This document shows, in pieces, positions 62,030 through 64,000 of a DNA stretch of 64,000 nt. The DNA is from Schmidtea polychroa (Eukaryota): contig CM097888.1 of NCBI GenBank assembly GCA_044892525.1, positions 36,704,001-36,768,000 on the forward strand, written 5' to 3'. A program made the translations under genes and the position numbers. The notes under the pieces were generated by a model. That model saw nothing but the letters and a program-made list of their open reading frames with translations, had not been told where the DNA came from and did no database searches. Each line of letters begins with the position of its first letter. The stretch's first letter is position 1.

Positions 62030-63350
62030 AAATAATCATTTCATTGATTTGGACGATCCGAATTCCGATATGTCTGAATATTTAGAGGAATTTGAAGATA
62101 TTTTTAGTAACATCGAATATTCAAGTAAAACATATCAATGGCAGGCAATTATAAAATATCATTTTTCTTTCTAAAATAGTTGGCCAGGACAAATCAGTAT
62201 TTTTTCGTGCTTGTAGTAGCAATTCCAAACCAAGGTATATTACTTTGGAAGTGAACAAAAATTATTCCAGAAATTCTCCTTTCCGATTGATTGGATTACA
62301 AAAAGGTTGGGGTCTATTTATCAAGGAAGTTAGTCTAATTTTTCTATTTTATTGATATTTTTTAAATAATTGATTTAAGGGTTAAAAATTTCCTAAATTA
62401 ATTAATAAATAAAATAATTTCTAATATTAAAAATGATTACGTAACGGCATGCATATTTAATTACAATTACAAATTAGTTGCTTTATGATGATTTGATGAT
62501 TCATCTAGATTCTAGTATTTTGTTGCGCAAATTATAGATAGTGACATTTCGAGGGGTCGTCGAATTTTCAAGAAATTTATGACAGGCTTTTTATTATGCC
62601 AAAATAAAGTTATGCATTTTATTTTTATATTGCCAATTATTAAGGTAACACAGACATACTACTTTCGGAAATATAGTACATCTTTTTGATGGTCTGTATT
62701 TCTTAAGAACTGCTTTTTTATGCTATATACTTCTTGCACCGGTTTGAATAATAATGTGTAGATTTGATTATATGGATTTTCGAAGAGTATCACGAGATAC
62801 AGAAAATATAAATTAGATCGGGAAAAAACTTTGAAGGGCAGTTCATTATATGATAGGAAATCACGAAATTGTTATTCATGACAATATACTCTTCGATGAA
62901 AATCAGGCAAGTAAACATGAATTTTTTTCACGGAAAACTTACATGAATGGAATAAAAATAAAATAGAAGTTAACTTTCGTTGGATAGAAACAAATAAATA
63001 TTTTAAAAATGAGCATATTCTTTGTTGAATTTGCAATGTGCTTACCGCGTACTAATGTAACAGTTGAAAGAGTATTTTAAATTATTAATGATTTCTGGTG
63101 TAGTGACAAATCGAGATCAAACATAGAAACCTTATCAGTAATGACTCCAGTGTAAGTAAATCTCCAGTATACATGTGAAAGGTTTTGTAATGTTTTAAAA
63201 GAAAATTATCTGATATTAAAACAAAGTATTGATCACGATTAGATCAGGAAATAATTAACGGCTCATTAGCTTCTATTACAATAGTTACAATCTGGTCTCC
63301 TACGCGTCGAAGTAATATAATGCGACTAATCTTGTAGATATGTTTAAACT
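62030..63350 (+). pseudogene. possible highly degraded piggyBac transposase remnant
   Basis: Acidic N-terminal patch and IVTFRG..FKKFM-like fragment; weak TTAA-CCCT end candidate at 60875-60882. Confidence 0.25.
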
Positions 63351-64000
63351 ATTATTAAAACAAAATTGTTTATATTAATAATTTTATTTTAATAATTTTC
63401 ATGGGAAAAACAATATTTTCCGTTTTATTATCTCAATAGACTTGATTATTGATTAATACATTATTAAAGTTATAGTAAAAATTTGTGTTATTACTTACCT
63501 ACCTATATTAAAATGAACGAATCTTATTTTTATTCACATTTGTCAAACATATTCCGTTATTTTTTTGAAAAGATGAAATTGTAAGTAACCTCAATTCACC
63601 ATTTTATATTATGAATGTAGAAACAAATAATCATTTAAAGCTTGTTTTGTACTATCAGTAAAATATTTTATCTTCATTTCATTTTGACTACCAATTATTA
63701 TTTCTAGAGTTAAACAGATTTTTAGCCCTGCCTTTCTCAAATATCGAGAAAAAGGCAGTGCTAATGATTCATGTTAAAAATAAAACAAAATATTGATCAA
63801 TAGTTTAAAAGAAATGAAGATAAAGAAAATTTTCATTAACTCCTACCTAAATATTATATATTATTAAACTTTCACTTGCAGTTATTCTCGAATTTTTGGG
63901 GGAATTTTCATTTTACCTCTTCGGCAAGTTGATCATATTTAATATTACGAAATTTATTTTTCTTTACTTTTTCTATTTAGAGTTTGTTTGATTTAGTTAT

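Noticed and set aside
60875-62385. piggyBac element defined by TTAA-CCCT...AGGG-TTAA
   Set aside because: Terminal similarity beyond 4 bp is poor and does not enclose the candidate transposase remnant

Overview
AT-rich eukaryotic scaffold with N-gaps, ~45-65 nt GT-AG introns and AAT/AT microsatellites. This fits an invertebrate, most plausibly a planarian flatworm (inference only). The window is dominated by nested mobile DNA. It holds a 7.5 kb Polinton/Maverick (long TIRs, 6-bp TSD AATATG; ATPase, integrase, pPolB, no capsid genes) that carries an unexpected TATA-binding-protein-like gene. Other elements: two solo Gypsy-type LTRs; an intact CGGBP-type hAT and several hAT derivatives; a MULE; a pogo/Tigger that splits a second Polinton remnant and itself holds a piggyBac-type MITE and a 5.1 kb TG...CA element with its own GC-rich ORFs; Penelope, plant-type mariner and Helitron-like remnants; and a truncated Gypsy gag-pol. 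Host-type genes: a KH-like protein, a spliced FAM120/asteroid PIN-family gene, an intronless RING protein, the 5' half of RAPGEF2/6, and a decayed chimera of macro(GDAP2-like) + NIT2 + NHERF-type PDZ fragments. Top candidates for novelty are the Polinton-borne TBP-like gene, the 5.1 kb protein-coding TG...CA element and the three-gene chimera. All protein assignments come from motif recognition by eye; no database search was run. No rRNA, tRNA or CRISPR array was recognised.
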